DNA of 63,506 bases, filler included, from Reclinomonas americana ATCC 50394 (taxonomy: Eukaryota), in the NCBI GenBank assembly GCA_048213135.1. It is 7 parts of 6 records of this genome, joined end to end, with 100 filler letters (N's around TTAATTAATTAA, not from the genome) between each part and the next. Parts side by side here need not be neighbours in the genome. Positions count along the whole stretch, not along the records: positions 1 to 8,842 come from PS015594.1; positions 8,943 to 17,030 come from PS015594.1; 5 more parts are not named here. The stretch is one strand, 5' to 3'. How positions within the stretch are numbered: position 1 is the first letter of the stretch; each line of letters starts with the position of its first letter. The notes below the pieces were generated by a model. It was not told the origin of the DNA. It did not search any database and was given only the letters and a program-made list of their open reading frames with translations. This document shows positions 1 through 12,091 of the stretch, one piece after another. Made by a program: the position numbers and the translations under genes.

Positions 1-8
1 TGCGCAAC

Positions 9-188
9 TCCACACGCTCCTCGCCCGCGACAATCACAAAGTCGCTCATCGCGGGGTCGGTGGCAATCGCGTGGGCGATTTGCCGAACCAGCTGCTGTTG
101 GTGATTCAGCTGAGCGATGAGGGGGAAAGAATGAGTGAGTGTGGAGGAAGTGGGGAGTGAGGAGAGATTGGCTCACCGTGTTCGCCAT
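9..188 (-). CDS. 5' end of a BTB/POZ-like domain protein (exons 188-177 and 109-9; continues off the window)
   Basis: Spliced translation MANT|LNHQQQLVRQIAHAIATDPAMSDFVIVAGEERV; SDFVIVAGEE resembles the BTB start motif. A 67-nt GT-AG intron keeps frame. The next donor is A|GTTGCGC at position 8. Confidence 0.6.
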
Positions 189-541
189 AAAAGTCTTTTC
201 TGCCGGATCTTGACACGTTTTGCGACTTGTCACACTGTGGGATTCGAAATCTGACACGAATTCCGGCGAGGTTATCAAACGGTGTTCCGGCCACATGATC
301 CGTCTGATCCTGTCCGCATAGCAGGGGTACGCGCGATCGGCTCAGTGTGTTCATTTGTCGCCATCGATATCGACGTCTTTCAACTTCGCAGTGCTCGCCA
401 CTGCGCATGCGCATGCAGAACCTTGCCTTCGGGCCGCTTGGACCTCACTAGGTTATGCTCTTGTCGCTATGGTGTTCTCTACTTGGACAGTGATGCAGCG
501 GCGCCGGCTGTCATGTTGTCCTGCACACCCTCATCGGATCG

Positions 542-2637
542 ATGCCCTTCACCGTGCAACCCGTGTGCCGCTGCCTCTCCTGGAACCCCCACTACATGTG
601 GTTCTCCGCCGAGATACGCACCTCCGAGCTGGCCGTGCACGCCACTCGCGAACTCTTACACCGCGACGACGACGACGACGACCACACATCACTGGTGTTG
701 CTGATGTTGTCCGGCGTGCTGCTGGAGGAGACCATGCGCCTCTCACACTCACAATCGCACCAACACGAAGACGAGTGTCTGTGCGCACTGGAATGGACCG
801 ATCCCGTGGCAACCAACCACGGGATAGAGCGTACGTGCGTGCATCAGTGCAGTGAGGCCACGTTTGTGGATGGAAGTGGCGTCGCGCAAGTGTCGGAGAC
901 TGCGGCGGGACTGCTGGTGCCACCCGAGGCCACGCATCGTGAGTTCCTGGAGATGGTCGGTGTGCCAGAGACACTGGTGGATATGACTGTCAATGTGGAG
1001 GAGCGCGTGCTGTTGCTGGTCACGGACGGGGAGCGTGCGTCGCGGCAGCAGGAGGAGCTGTTTGGTCCGTGCGAGATGGATGTGCAGTGTGGCATGGCGG
1101 CTGCGTGTGTGGACATGTGTCTGGGTGTGGCGGAGCGGCGTGGATGGGCGGTGTCGCTGGGCGCGATTCTTGTGGTGTACTCTGGGCAGTCGTTGGACTT
1201 GACGGTGGAGGAGGGCGGTGGTGCGCCTGTGGATGTGTCGAAGCTTGCGTCCAGGTGTGTGTGTCGTTGGATTGAAGGCAGTGAGTAGACAGTCACGGCA
1301 GTCAGTTGCACTCACTCGTATCACTGCACCCACTCACTGCATAAGCTTGCGTCCAGGTGTGTGTGTCTATTTGGTAGAAGGCGCTTGAGTCACCGCTTCA
1401 CACTCTCACTGCATGCGCTGCACTTACTGACTTCGCCAATTCGGTCTGCACGTTCACTGCATTCCATCACTGCACACGCAGACTTCACATGTTGCAACGA
1501 GTGCAGTGTGCTGAGTGCTGAATGACGTGGTCCGCCCTCGCAGCGAGTCAACGTGCTCAGGACTCTTTGCTCCACTCACTCTCCACTCTCTCACTGCACT
1601 CGGTCACCACTGTCGTCCTTCTCCTTCTCCGCCATCTCCTCCTCTTCCCGCCGCTCGTCCTCGTCTTCTTCTTTTGCCTCTTTTCCGTTCTCATCTGCTT
1701 TGTCACTTATATAGCGAGGGTTTACTGTCCTCGGGCCAGCGCGCTCTGGACACATTGCTTCTCCCAACACATTCACTCACTCGGTCACCACTGTCGTCCT
1801 TCTCCTTCTCCGCCTTCTCCTCCTCTTCCCGCCTCTCGTCCTTCTTCCTCTTTTGCCTCGAGCTCTCTTCCGTTCTCATCTTCTTCATCACTTATATAGC
1901 GAGAGTTTACTGTCCTCGGGCCAACGCGCTCTGGACACATTGCACATTCACTCACTTCAACCGCTCACTGCATCCACATTCTGCACTTTACACCGGACTC
2001 AGCCATGCACTTCACTTTGCACTCTCTCACTGCACTCGCCGCACCACACTCGCTCACTGCACTTGATCACCACTGCCACTCACTCTCTTTGAGCACCACT
2101 CAACTCGCTCGTGCATTGCGTCCCAGCACTGCACTCTCTTCTCCCTCTCCCTCCCCCTCACCCTTCCTCTCCCTCACCCTCTCCCTTATCTCCCTCCCTC
2201 CCCCCCTCTTCCCACCTCTCAGATGGCCCTCTCTGGGACCACTGGACGCCCGCCGCCCTGTCCGCACGGCTGCCGAGGCACATCACCTTCTGCGAGTCGC
2301 CCGCCGCACTTTTCATGCGCAGCCTCCATGCCGCTCCCACCAGCTGCTGTGCTGGATCACCATGTACCGCGAAGGCGGCGATGGCGACGAGTGGACGCCG
2401 CGGCACGTGTTCCTCGTCGCCAATCCGTACGTGGACCGGCTGCGCACGACGGCCGAGTGGGCCGACTGGCAACTACGCCACGAGTCCAGTGTGCGTAACA
2501 GGGTGGTCGGCGCCATGTACGACTGTGTTGCTGCGGTGCATAATCAGAGCGCTCACGTGCCGTATCGCTTGTCGCGCTGTTCGTATCTGGTGTGGCAGGA
2601 GATGCTGACGGCGAGGGAGACGAGTTGCAGCGGGCGG
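542..2637 (+). CDS. Hypothetical protein (exon ~542-1280, intron 1281-2223, exon 2224-~2637 with a probable frameshift near 2335); true start and end unresolved
   Basis: 248-aa ORF with coding-like codon bias ending at a GTGAGT donor. A pyrimidine tract plus CAG at 2221-2223 gives an in-phase join. Coding-like bias switches frame inside the second exon. No family recognised. Confidence 0.4.
1597..1943. repeat. Two-copy ~180-nt tandem repeat inside an intron
   Basis: CACTCGGTCACCACTGTCGTCCTTCTCCTTCTCCGCC...TCTGGACACATTGC occurs at ~1597 and ~1778. Confidence 0.85.
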
Positions 2638-4285
2638 TGAGTGGGAGGAGAGGGAGGGGGGAAGGAGATGGAGAGGGAGATAGAAAGGACAGAGATAGAT
2701 AGAGAGAGAGGAAAGGAAACAATGAGCGAGGCGCCGAAAGAGATTCCTTCGTTTTGAACGCAGACGTGTGCTGGTGGTTCTTCCTCGCGGCTGTTCTATT
2801 TCTCAACATTGATCCGACAACTCACTGAAACAGTTGCAGATATAGTTAGAAAAGAAAACACCCGCGTTTAGTTGGCGATCACTTGAAAATGCTGAATGGT
2901 GTATGGATCAGTGAGAGGAGATAGAGTGACAGGGAGAAGGCGGAGCGACTGTGATGGTAATTGTGACAGTGTGCAAGAGATGTAAGGGGAGAGAGAGAGA
3001 GAGAAGGAAGTGAGAGACAGAGCGACTGTGATGGCAATTGCATCAGAGTGCAAGAGATGCTGGGGAGAGAGAGAAGGAAGTGGGAGACGGAACGATTGAA
3101 GTGGCTGTTGCGACCGAGGGAGGGAGACGAAAGATTAGAGAGAAAGAGATATGGAATTCAGAAAGAGAGAGAGAGAGAGAAAGAAAAGATAGAGAGACTT
3201 GGACGGCGACTGCGACCGAGTGAGAGAGATATCGAGAGGGGACAACACTTGGGCTTCTACCTCTGGAGTGCGTTTTTCTTTCTTTCTCTCTCTCTCTCTC
3301 ACTCTCTCCGTATCTTTGACTGAGAGAGAGGGGCGAATGAGATGAGAGTAGGCTGTGCAAACTAAGGGAGAGTTGGGCGTCGCAGAAGAGCGTCAGTGAT
3401 GCTCTTAAAAAATGTCACTCGTTGCAACTAACTTGGTTTTCGCCGCACAGCATCATATCGGTGAGCACCCTTCCGTTGCCCCACAAGCTGAGCAGCGCAA
3501 ATTTCGCCTGTGGACAGTGTGTGGCAGCATTGAGGCGGGGCAGGCACTGATCGGAAACGGCGCCACCACCTGCCTGTGGCCGGCTGACGCCTGGCTGGAT
3601 GCCATTCAGCGCCCACAGAACGATCAGCCGTGCCCCCTGGCAGAATACGACGATGAAGGCGAGGAACGAGATCATTCGATCGTGCAAGCACTGCTTCTCC
3701 TCTTTTGCTATTTCGCAGTGGAGTGTGGCGACGCAGCTTGACGGACGTGCATCTGCAGCAAAGATGAGGACGAGTACGCCAAGAGCGCAGTTCATGTTGC
3801 GTACTATTGTCTCTCTGTGTGCGTGTGTGGTGTCAGATCGCGATATCGTCTCGCAATCAAATGCGCCTCCAACCTCCTCCACCTTCTTCTGCGCAGTCTT
3901 GCCCATCCCTGTTCTGTTGTTGCTTCTTGCCACGACATCAACAACGGACGGATGGTACCGTCGCCCGAAGCCTCAAATCTATCCACGTGCACCTACAAAG
4001 CTTGAGCAGTGGCCATGGACGATCGAGATATGTACATGCAAGACGAGTTTGGAACGACTGCGAAGACACACGTCGACAATCGGCGGTGAGCAGTCGTCTC
4101 CTTGAGTGCAACTTTCTTTCTTTTTTCCTTTTGCCACTATTGGCCTCGACCTCACCGTTTCCCCCTTTGCCTGCACGCGTACGGTCTACAGACATCACCG
4201 CGAGCCACCAGATATCCAGCGGACGTGCTCGCGATATCCATTCCGGCCATATCACACTGTTTTTTTTGCTTTCGCTGAGAATAGT

Positions 4286-5324
4286 ATGTTTGCCTCCCGA
4301 GTTTCTTTCCTTGCCCTTGTGCTCGCTCTCGTAGCGGTCGCCCTCGCCTCCGTGTACGTTGTCGAGGCGCGCCGTATGAGTCGCGAAGAGATGCGTCAGG
4401 CGCTGGCGGAGTTGGATGGTGAGCTCGACTTACGCAATATCTTGTCCCCCTTTCTTTGCTGATGATTAACGCCACACATTAGAGGCCGGCATGTTCGAGG
4501 TCGAGGAGGAGGAGAGCTTTGATGAGGATGAGGATGAGGGTGCGTGTGCTCGATTGTTTTGCTTCTTCTCTTGTCTTTTTTCTTCCCACTCTTTTTTTCT
4601 CCTGTGCGCTATAGCACATGCATATGCGTGTGCATCACTCTCTCTCTCTCACGCATCATTTTCGCACTTGCGCGTGTCAAGTTTTCTCTGTGTATCCCTT
4701 TCTCTCTTCTCCTTTCTCCCCACTTATTTTTCCTCTCGTCTCACATGTGCATGTCTGGCTTTGTCTTGCTTCTTTAATCCCTTTTCTTCTTTTCTCTCTC
4801 TATCTCTCTCTCTCTCCCCCAGTTCTACTCTTCTATCCCTGTTCCTCCATCCCTCCCTCCTGCTGCCGATCTTTAATCTTCCACTTCCTCCCTTTCCTCT
4901 CTCCTTTCCGGTCTCTTTCTCACCCATTCCCCCATGGCCAGATCTCGTGCAAGTGTGGAACCCCACCTACGAGAGCCCCGTCGCGTTCAAGAAGAAGAAG
5001 ACCGGCGCCGTGCGCTTCGTGTCGCGTTTCGTGACGATTGCCCCGCGCCAATTCGGCGGCGGCAACGAGATCGCCTGGTGGAAGAGCGCCGCCAAGCTCA
5101 CCGAGGCCAAGCAGGGCGACGGCACCGGCATGCTCAACCACTACCCGATGGCCAACGCCAAGTACCGCATCATGAACGGCACCACGCTGCGCGTCAAGTT
5201 CGTCTCGGGCCAACAGGGCGTCCCCGACTGGACTGGCGTCATTGAGACACGCCAGCAGGATCAGGCCGCCTTTGTGCAGGCATTGACTACGGCCGGCGCC
5301 GCTGTCGACAACAACCTCGCGTAA
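4286..5324 (+). CDS. Secreted family copy A: signal peptide, acidic pro-region, basic PH-like domain (exons 4286-4418, 4483-4539, 4942-5324)
   Basis: MFASRVSFLALVLALVAVALASVYVVEA-RRMSREEMRQALAELD|EAGMFEVEEEESFDEDEDE|DLVQVWNPTYESPVAFKKKK...AAVDNNLA*. GT-AG introns are in phase and their positions are conserved in the paralogues. Confidence 0.88.
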
Positions 5325-5364
5325 CGCTCTTACTGTATGTAAGCTGACGTAATTGTAAAAGTGC

Positions 5365-5387
5365 GGATATCCGGGATATTGCTCGCG
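5365..5387 (+). promoter_or_regulatory. Conserved upstream motif of the secreted family (GATATC-N2-GGATATYGCTCGCG)
   Basis: Same motif at 8546-8567 and 10788-10810, and a degenerate one at 4211-4233. Each ends about 37-52 nt before the ATG. Confidence 0.65.
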
Positions 5388-5427
5388 TGTGTTTGTGTTT
5401 TGCTTTACGTGCAAGAGAGAACAGAAA

Positions 5428-5702
5428 ATGATCGCTTCTCGTGTGTCTTTCCTTGCCTTTGTGCTCGCTCTTGTGGCGATTGCCATTGCCTCTGTGTACG
5501 TCGTCGAGGCGCGTCGCATGACTCGCGATGAGATGCGTCAGGCACTGGCGGAGCTTGATGGTGTGTGTGTCTCTCTCTGTCTGTCTGTGCTTGCAACCTC
5601 TCTCTCTAACACGAAGGGCGACACAGAGGCCGGCATGTTTGAGGTCGAGGAGGAGGAGAGCTTTGACGAGGAGGAGGACGAGGAAGGTGCGTGTTCCCTC
5701 TG

Positions 5703-5740
<38 letters not shown>

Positions 5741-6349
5741 ATCTTGTGGCTCTTCTTCTCGTTGCCCTTCTCTGCCTGCTGTCTCTCTGTCTCTGTTCTC
5801 TGTCTATTTTCCTCTCTCTCTCTTGTCTCTCTTCCTTTCTTTCTCTTCCTCTGCACTCCCCTTTGTTTACTTGCTTCTCATGGTTTCTCTTCCTCAGTTT
5901 TGAGCGCTCTTCCCTCTCTCTAACTCTCTTTCTCTCTCTCTCTCACCCCTCCTTGCTTGTTTGCAGAGTTTGCGCAAGTGTGGGCCCCGACGTACGAGAG
6001 TCCTGTGGAGTTCAAGAAGAAGAAGACGGGCTCGAGGCGCTTCGTGTCGCGATTCCTGACGATTGCCCCGAAGCGTCCTGGTCCCGGCAACGAGATTGCG
6101 TGGTGGAAGAGCGCGGCGAAGCTGAACGAGGCCAAGCAGGGCGACGGCTCTGGCATGCTCAACCACTACCCGCTGGCCAACGCCAAGTACAAGATTGTCG
6201 ACAACAAGACGCTGCGCGTCAAGTTCGCCTCGGGACAGCAGGGTGTCGCCGACTGGACTGGCCTCATTGAGACGCGCCCGGAGGATCAGGCCGGCTTTGT
6301 CGCGGCGCTGACCACGGCCGGCGCGGCTGTCGATAACACACTGGCGTAA
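5428..6349 (+). CDS. Secreted family copy B (3 exons)
   Basis: MIASRVSFLAFVLALVAIAIASVYVVEARRMTRDEMRQALAELD...FAQVWAPTYESPVEFKKKK...AAVDNTLA*. Close paralogue of copy A, starting about 100 nt after its stop. Confidence 0.88.
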
Positions 6350-6864
6350 TCTGTACACTTGTGAGAGAGAGAGAGAGAGCAGTGAAAAATGGTCAATTTG
6401 TTGCTTTAATCAACGTGAGAGAGAGACAGAAAGAGAGAGAGAGATAGATGTAGGAACGATGCACGTCTCCACTTCTCAGGGGCCGAAGGAGTGACGCTGG
6501 ATCGCAAGGTGCTCTCTGATCTTGCATGTATGTCTCCAATCGTTGCCAGATGGTGCTCATTGTCTCTCCTCTCTCCGAAAGAGAGGAGCACTCCCTCTCG
6601 TCTCTCGCGTTCACTGATCCTCATCGCTCTCCCTTCTCTTCCACTACTCCCCCTTTCCCGATCGCGACAGCGGCATCAAGCAAGCGTGCTGTTCTCGAAC
6701 ATGTGTCTCAGTTTCTGGTGCTCCTTTATGATCAAGAATTCGAACATCATGAAGGAGAATTGTTGTTGCTGTTCGGCTGCGGGACCGCATGGCTCTCGCT
6801 GTCAGCTGCAGCTCAGAGACTGTACACGTGCACGTTGAACAGCTGCAGTGCTGGTTCTCCCTCT

Positions 6865-6867
<3 letters not shown>

Positions 6868-6945
<78 letters not shown>
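6868..6945. repeat. (CA)n microsatellite; similar CA, CT/GA and GAA/GGA tracts occur throughout (e.g. 8095-8170, 25405-25690, 32620-32700, 38235-38322)
   Basis: Directly visible; usually next to assembly gaps. Confidence 0.95.
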
Positions 6946-6946
<1 letters not shown>

Positions 6947-8090
6947 CTAGTACGACGCGACGACGTACGCGCCGTCCGTACGTACTACTTACGTTCGTTG
7001 CGTACTAGTTCGTTACGTTACGTTACGTTACTTACGTACTACTACNNNNNNNNNNNNNNNNNNNNNNNNNNNNNNNNNNNNNNNNNNNNNNNNNNNNNNN
7101 NNNNNNNNNNNNNNNNNNNNNNNNNNNNNNNNNNNNNNNNNNNNNNNNNNNNNNNNNNNNNNNNNNNNNNNNNNNNNNNNNNNNNNNNNNNNNNNNNNNN
7201 NNNNNNNNNNNNNNNNNNNNNNNNNNNNNNNNNNNNNNNNNNNNNNNNNNNNNNNNNNNNNNNNNNNNNNNNNNNNNNNNNNNNNNNNNNNNNNNNNNNN
7301 NNNNNNNNNNNNNNNNNNNNNNNNNNNNNNNNNNNNNNNNNNNNNNNNNNNNNNNNNNNNNNNNNNNNNNNNNNNNNNNNNNNNNNNNNNNNNNNNNNNN
7401 NNNNNNNNNNNNNNNNNNNNNNNNNNNNNNNNNNNNNNNNNNNNNNNNNNNNNNNNNNNNNNNNNNNNNNNNNNNNNNNNNNNNNNNNNNNNNNNNNNNN
7501 NNNNNNNNNNNNNNNNNNNNNNNNNNNNNNNNNNNNNNNNNNNNNNNNNNNNNNNNNNNNNNNNNNNNNNNNNNNNNNNNNNNNNNNNNNNNNNNNNNNN
7601 NNNNNNNNNNNNNNNNNNNNNNNNNNNNNNNNNNNNNNNNNNNNNNNNNNNNNNNNNNNNNNNNNNNNNNNNNNNNNNNNNNNNNNNNNNNNNNNNNNNN
7701 NNNNNNNNNNNNNNNNNNNNNNNNNNNNNNNNNNNNNNNNNNNNNNNNNNNNNNNNNNNNNNNNNNNNNNNNNNNNNNNNNNNNNNNNNNNNNNNNNNNN
7801 NNNNNNNNNNNNNNNNNNNNNNNNNNNNNNNNNNNNNNNNNNNNNNNNNNNNNNNNNNNNNNNNNNNNNNNNNNNNNNNNNNNNNNNNNNNNNNNNNNNN
7901 NNNNNNNNNNNNNNNNNNNNNNNNNNNNNNNNNNNNNNNNNNNNNNNNNNNNNNNNNNNNNNNNNNNNGACGGTCGTCGTCCGTCCGTCGTCGTACGTCG
8001 TACGACGACGTACGACGACGACGTACGTACGTACGTACGACGTACGTACGTAACGAACGTACGTCGCGTACGTCGTCGTCGTCGTCTCTT

Positions 8091-8169
<79 letters not shown>

Positions 8170-8616
8170 AGCATTGAGCGCGCAAGTGCCGGCTCCGGCA
8201 TACTACTTTGTGCATGCTTGTACGTATTCTTCGAATTCACAGTAGACTCCTCGTTTCGACAAACTGGGTTTCATTTGCTTTTGTGTCGGTACTCCGTGCC
8301 GTTCCCATCCATTTACAACCCATCAACTAAAGCTATCCGTACTCGCAAATTCCTACTCTGCTGCAGATCTAGAACCGATCGCGACGATTTATATATATAT
8401 ACGTATATATACTTTGATTGCATGCGCAATCAATCGACGATTGCTGCCGGCACCATCGCTTGATCAAGCTAGCGTTATGTATGCTCAGCACCACGTAGAA
8501 TAGTGCACCCCTTCGATTAGCGACATGTTCTTGGTTGCACAGGCAAATATCGTGGATATCGCTCGCGCGTGTCGCACCTCTGTCCTCTCTCTCTCTCTCT
8601 GTTGTGCGCGAACAAA

Positions 8617-8967
8617 ATGTCTCCACGAGTGACCTGTGCATTCGGTGTGCTGTTGCTGCTGTTGTTGGTTTTGGGAGTGGTCGCACACTGTGCAGAGGCT
8701 CGACGCATGACGCGCGAAGAGATGCGTCGAGCGCTGGCGGAACTCGATGGTTGTTTGTTGCACTTGTGTGTGTTGTCTCTCTTGCTCTACTCACTGCGCA
8801 TGACTCAGAGGCTGGCATGTTTGAGGTTGACGATGAGGATGANNNNNNNNNNNNNNNNNNNNNNNNNNNNNNNNNNNNNNNNNNNNTTAATTAATTAANN
8901 NNNNNNNNNNNNNNNNNNNNNNNNNNNNNNNNNNNNNNNNNNTCGTTCTCGTCGTTCTTCGTCTCTC

Positions 8968-9063
<96 letters not shown>

Positions 9064-10022
9064 GGGCGGTATCTCATCGTCCTCTCGTTGTGCCTGTTCT
9101 CTATCTTGTCCTTTTTGTCTTTCGTTCTCCTCCTCGTTCTCTTCTTCCCTCTCCACCACCACCTCCTCTTTCTCCACTTCCTCCTTCTCGTCCTTCATCT
9201 CCTCCTCTTCTTCCTTTCCTCGTCCTCATCTTCCTCATCCACCACCACCACCATGGTACCACCACCACCTCTCCCAGGTCCTTCTCGTTCTTCGTCCTCT
9301 TTCTCCTCTACCTCCTCTTGCTCCTACTCCTCCACCTGATCCGGCCTCTCGTCCTTCATCTCCCTCTCTTCTTCCTTTCCTCGTCCTCGTCCTCCTTATC
9401 CACCACCACCACCATGGTACCACCACCACATCTCCTGGGTCCTTCTCGTTCTTCGTCCTCTTTCTCCTACACCTCCACCTCCACCTCATCCGGCCTCTCG
9501 TCCTTCTTATCCTCTTCCTCCTCTCCATGCTTCTTTCCTGCCTTCCCTGGTCCTCTTTCTCTTCTCCCTCCCCTTCCCCCATTCCCCCTTTCCCTTTGTC
9601 GCCCGTTCCCCCACCCTTTACCCTTTACCCCCACGACAGGCTTCGCCCAGCTCTGGACGCCGACCTACGAGAGCCCCGTGGAATTCAAAAAGAAGAAGAA
9701 CGGCATGCGCGAATTCATCTCGCAGTTTTTGACGATTGCCCCGCGCACCGGCGGCGGCTTTGAGCTGGCCTGGTGGAAGTCCGCCGCCGACCTCGCCGAG
9801 GCCAAGAAACGCGACGGCTCCGGCATGCTCATCCGCTTCCCCCTCTCCACCGCCAAGTACAAGATGGTCAACAAGACCACGCTGCGCGTGAGGTTCTCCA
9901 CGGGTGTGCAGGGCGCCAAGGACTGGGCAGGCATCATCGAGACGCGCGAGCAGGATCAGGCCGCGTTCATCATGGCGCTCACCAATGGTGGCGCTCTCCT
10001 CGACAACTCCCTCTCTGCGTAA
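8617..10022 (+). CDS. Secreted family copy C (exons 1-2 at 8617-8842, last exon 9640-10022, split by a contig linker)
   Basis: [55 protein letters not shown]...; last exon FAQLWTPTYESPVEFKKKK...LLDNSLSA*. The join across the linker is inferred. Confidence 0.78.
8887..8898. other. Artificial contig linker TTAATTAATTAA flanked by N runs (also 17075, 38367, 46805, 55748, 60289)
   Basis: Identical palindromic six-frame-stop 12-mer in the middle of a 100-nt N spacer, six times. Confidence 0.97.
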
Positions 10023-10847
10023 TCGACTTGTTTCGGTGAAGACAGCGGGCTGCTTGTTTGCTGGCGAGGGAGTTGTTGCAGTTGTATCAGTTTCTGGTGC
10101 TCTCTTCAGAGTGACCCGAGTCCTTGATCACCATTGAGTTTCGGCCAGGTAGCTTGCTCAGGAGCGAACCAATAAGGAGAGGACCCATGTTCAATCGTCG
10201 ACTCTCCTCTTCTTCCACACTCAATTGCAAGTGGGTGATCGTCATGCAGGCTGCGTAGCTGCTTGGACTCGTACAATCGCTGCTGCTGTTGCACCACCGA
10301 TGCTTAAGCTTGTCACGAGCCGTGGTTTCACTTGAAGGACAGCGTCAGACATTTCGACTTTTTTCTCATCGTTTCCTTGATATCTCAGTCTCTGGTGCTC
10401 ACTCGAGATGGTGATCATCATGCTACTTGGATTAGCATTGTCGTTGGTGTTGTTGTATGCGTGTTGATGTTGGATCGATATCGATGAGTGACCAGTTCCA
10501 TAGATTGCTGTTGTCGCTGATACAAGTACACTGTGTCAAATCACGCTGTGCCGTGCCTCCACAATTTACGCACTTGCCTGTCAGCGCATCGTCACATGTA
10601 GACAACGGAATACAAGAAGGCAGTGCACGTACGCGTGCGATGACCAGTGACCGCTATATATTGCGCATGCGTTGTTGCTGCTGGTACATGTACACTTTGA
10701 CGAATTGCGCTGTGCGTCCACCGCTCCACCCTCTATGCACTTACCTGTCAGTGCACCGTCACATGTAGACAACTGTTGTAGTCGCGCGGATATCATGGAT
10801 ATTGCTCGCGACACTGTCCCTTCTCTCTCTCGTGTGTTTGCGAACGA

Positions 10848-11257
10848 ATGTTTTCTCGAGTGAGCTTTGCGTTTGCTCTGTTGCTTTTGGTGGCAGTTGT
10901 CGCACACTGCACAGAGGCGCGTCGCATGACGCGTGAGGAGATGCGTCAGGCGTTGGCGGAACTTGATGGTGAGTGTGTGTGAGAGAGAGAGAGAGAGTGT
11001 GTGTGTGTGTGTTTGCTCTCTCTCTCTCACTTTCTCACACTTGTTCGCGCACAGCGGCTGGTTTGTTTGAGGTTGACGATGAGGATGCAGCAGGTAACAA
11101 GAGAGAGTGAGAATGGTGTCACTGGTGTTGTCTTTTGCATGCAAATAGTCACTTTTCTCTCTCTCACACACTCACACACGTTCAAACACACTCCACTGCT
11201 CACCTCACTGTCACGGTTGACCACCACTGACGTCTCTCTCTCTCTCTCTCTCTCTCA

Positions 11258-11289
<32 letters not shown>

Positions 11290-12091
11290 GCTGGGCCACT
11301 TTCTCTCTCACTCAACGATTGCAGTCGCCTCACTCAAGTCTCACTGCACACACTTCCACCCTCCCCTTCTCATACTTCACTCTTCTCTATTCACCGTTCG
11401 CTTCTGTGTGAGAAACTATGCTGGTCCAGTTTCTATCCTTCTCTTTCTCTTTCTCTCTTTGCTCTGCCCCTCTGAGCACTCACCACTGTACACTGTTCAA
11501 CTGTGCTGGACCAGTCTCTCTCTCACTCAACACTTATTCACTCACTCTCACTGCACACCCTTCAACCCTTTCCTTCTCACTCTTCGCTTTTCACCATGCT
11601 TGTCCAGTTTCTCTTTCTCTCTCACCTCTTTCCCTCTCTCCCTTCCCCTTTCCCTCTATCCCTCTCTCTCTCTCTCTCACTGAGCATACTCCACTATTCA
11701 CTGTTCAACTGTGCTGGACCAGTTTCTCTCTCACTCAACACTTGCGTTTCCCTATGTCACTCTTTGTACTCCTTCAACCCTCCCTTTCTTTCTTCTCACT
11801 CTTCACTCTTCGCTGTTGGTCCAGTTTCTCTCTCCCTCCCTTTCCCTCGATCACTCTCCCTCTCCTCTCACCCCCCCGCCACCCGCAGACGAAGAGGTGC
11901 TGGCGGAGACGTGGCAGCCGACCTACAAGAGCCCGGTGTCATTCACGCTGCAAAAGAACTTTAGCGGCAACGAAAAGTACTTTTTCACGGTGGGCGTCAT
12001 GAAGGGCAAGAACGGCAGCAGCTCGCGCGTGGCGTGGTGGAGCGAGATTGCGATGAACAAGGCGCTCAGTGGGGATGGAGCGGCGCCGAAC
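10848..12091 (+). CDS. Secreted family copy D (divergent; truncated by N gap)
   Basis: MFSRVSFAFALLLLVAVVAHCTEARRMTREEMRQALAELD|AAGLFEVDDEDAA|DEEVLAETWQPTYKSPVSFTLQK...RVAWWSE; same intron positions as copies A-C. Confidence 0.8.

Noticed and set aside
3412..4105. Overlapping 100-170-aa ORFs on both strands
   Set aside because: No recognisable motif, clear codon bias or consistent splice structure.
6947..8085. TACG/CGT-rich pseudo-repeat on both sides of a gap
   Set aside because: Matches pyrosequencing flow-order (TACG) noise at read ends after microsatellites; not biological.
8843..8942. Regularly recurring palindrome TTAATTAATTAA
   Set aside because: Artificial contig spacer inside N runs; gene adjacency across it cannot be trusted.
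10739..10748. ACTTACCTG resembling the U1 snRNA 5' end
   Set aside because: No U1 stem-loops or Sm site follow; it is part of a local duplication (10545-10605 and 10708-10773).
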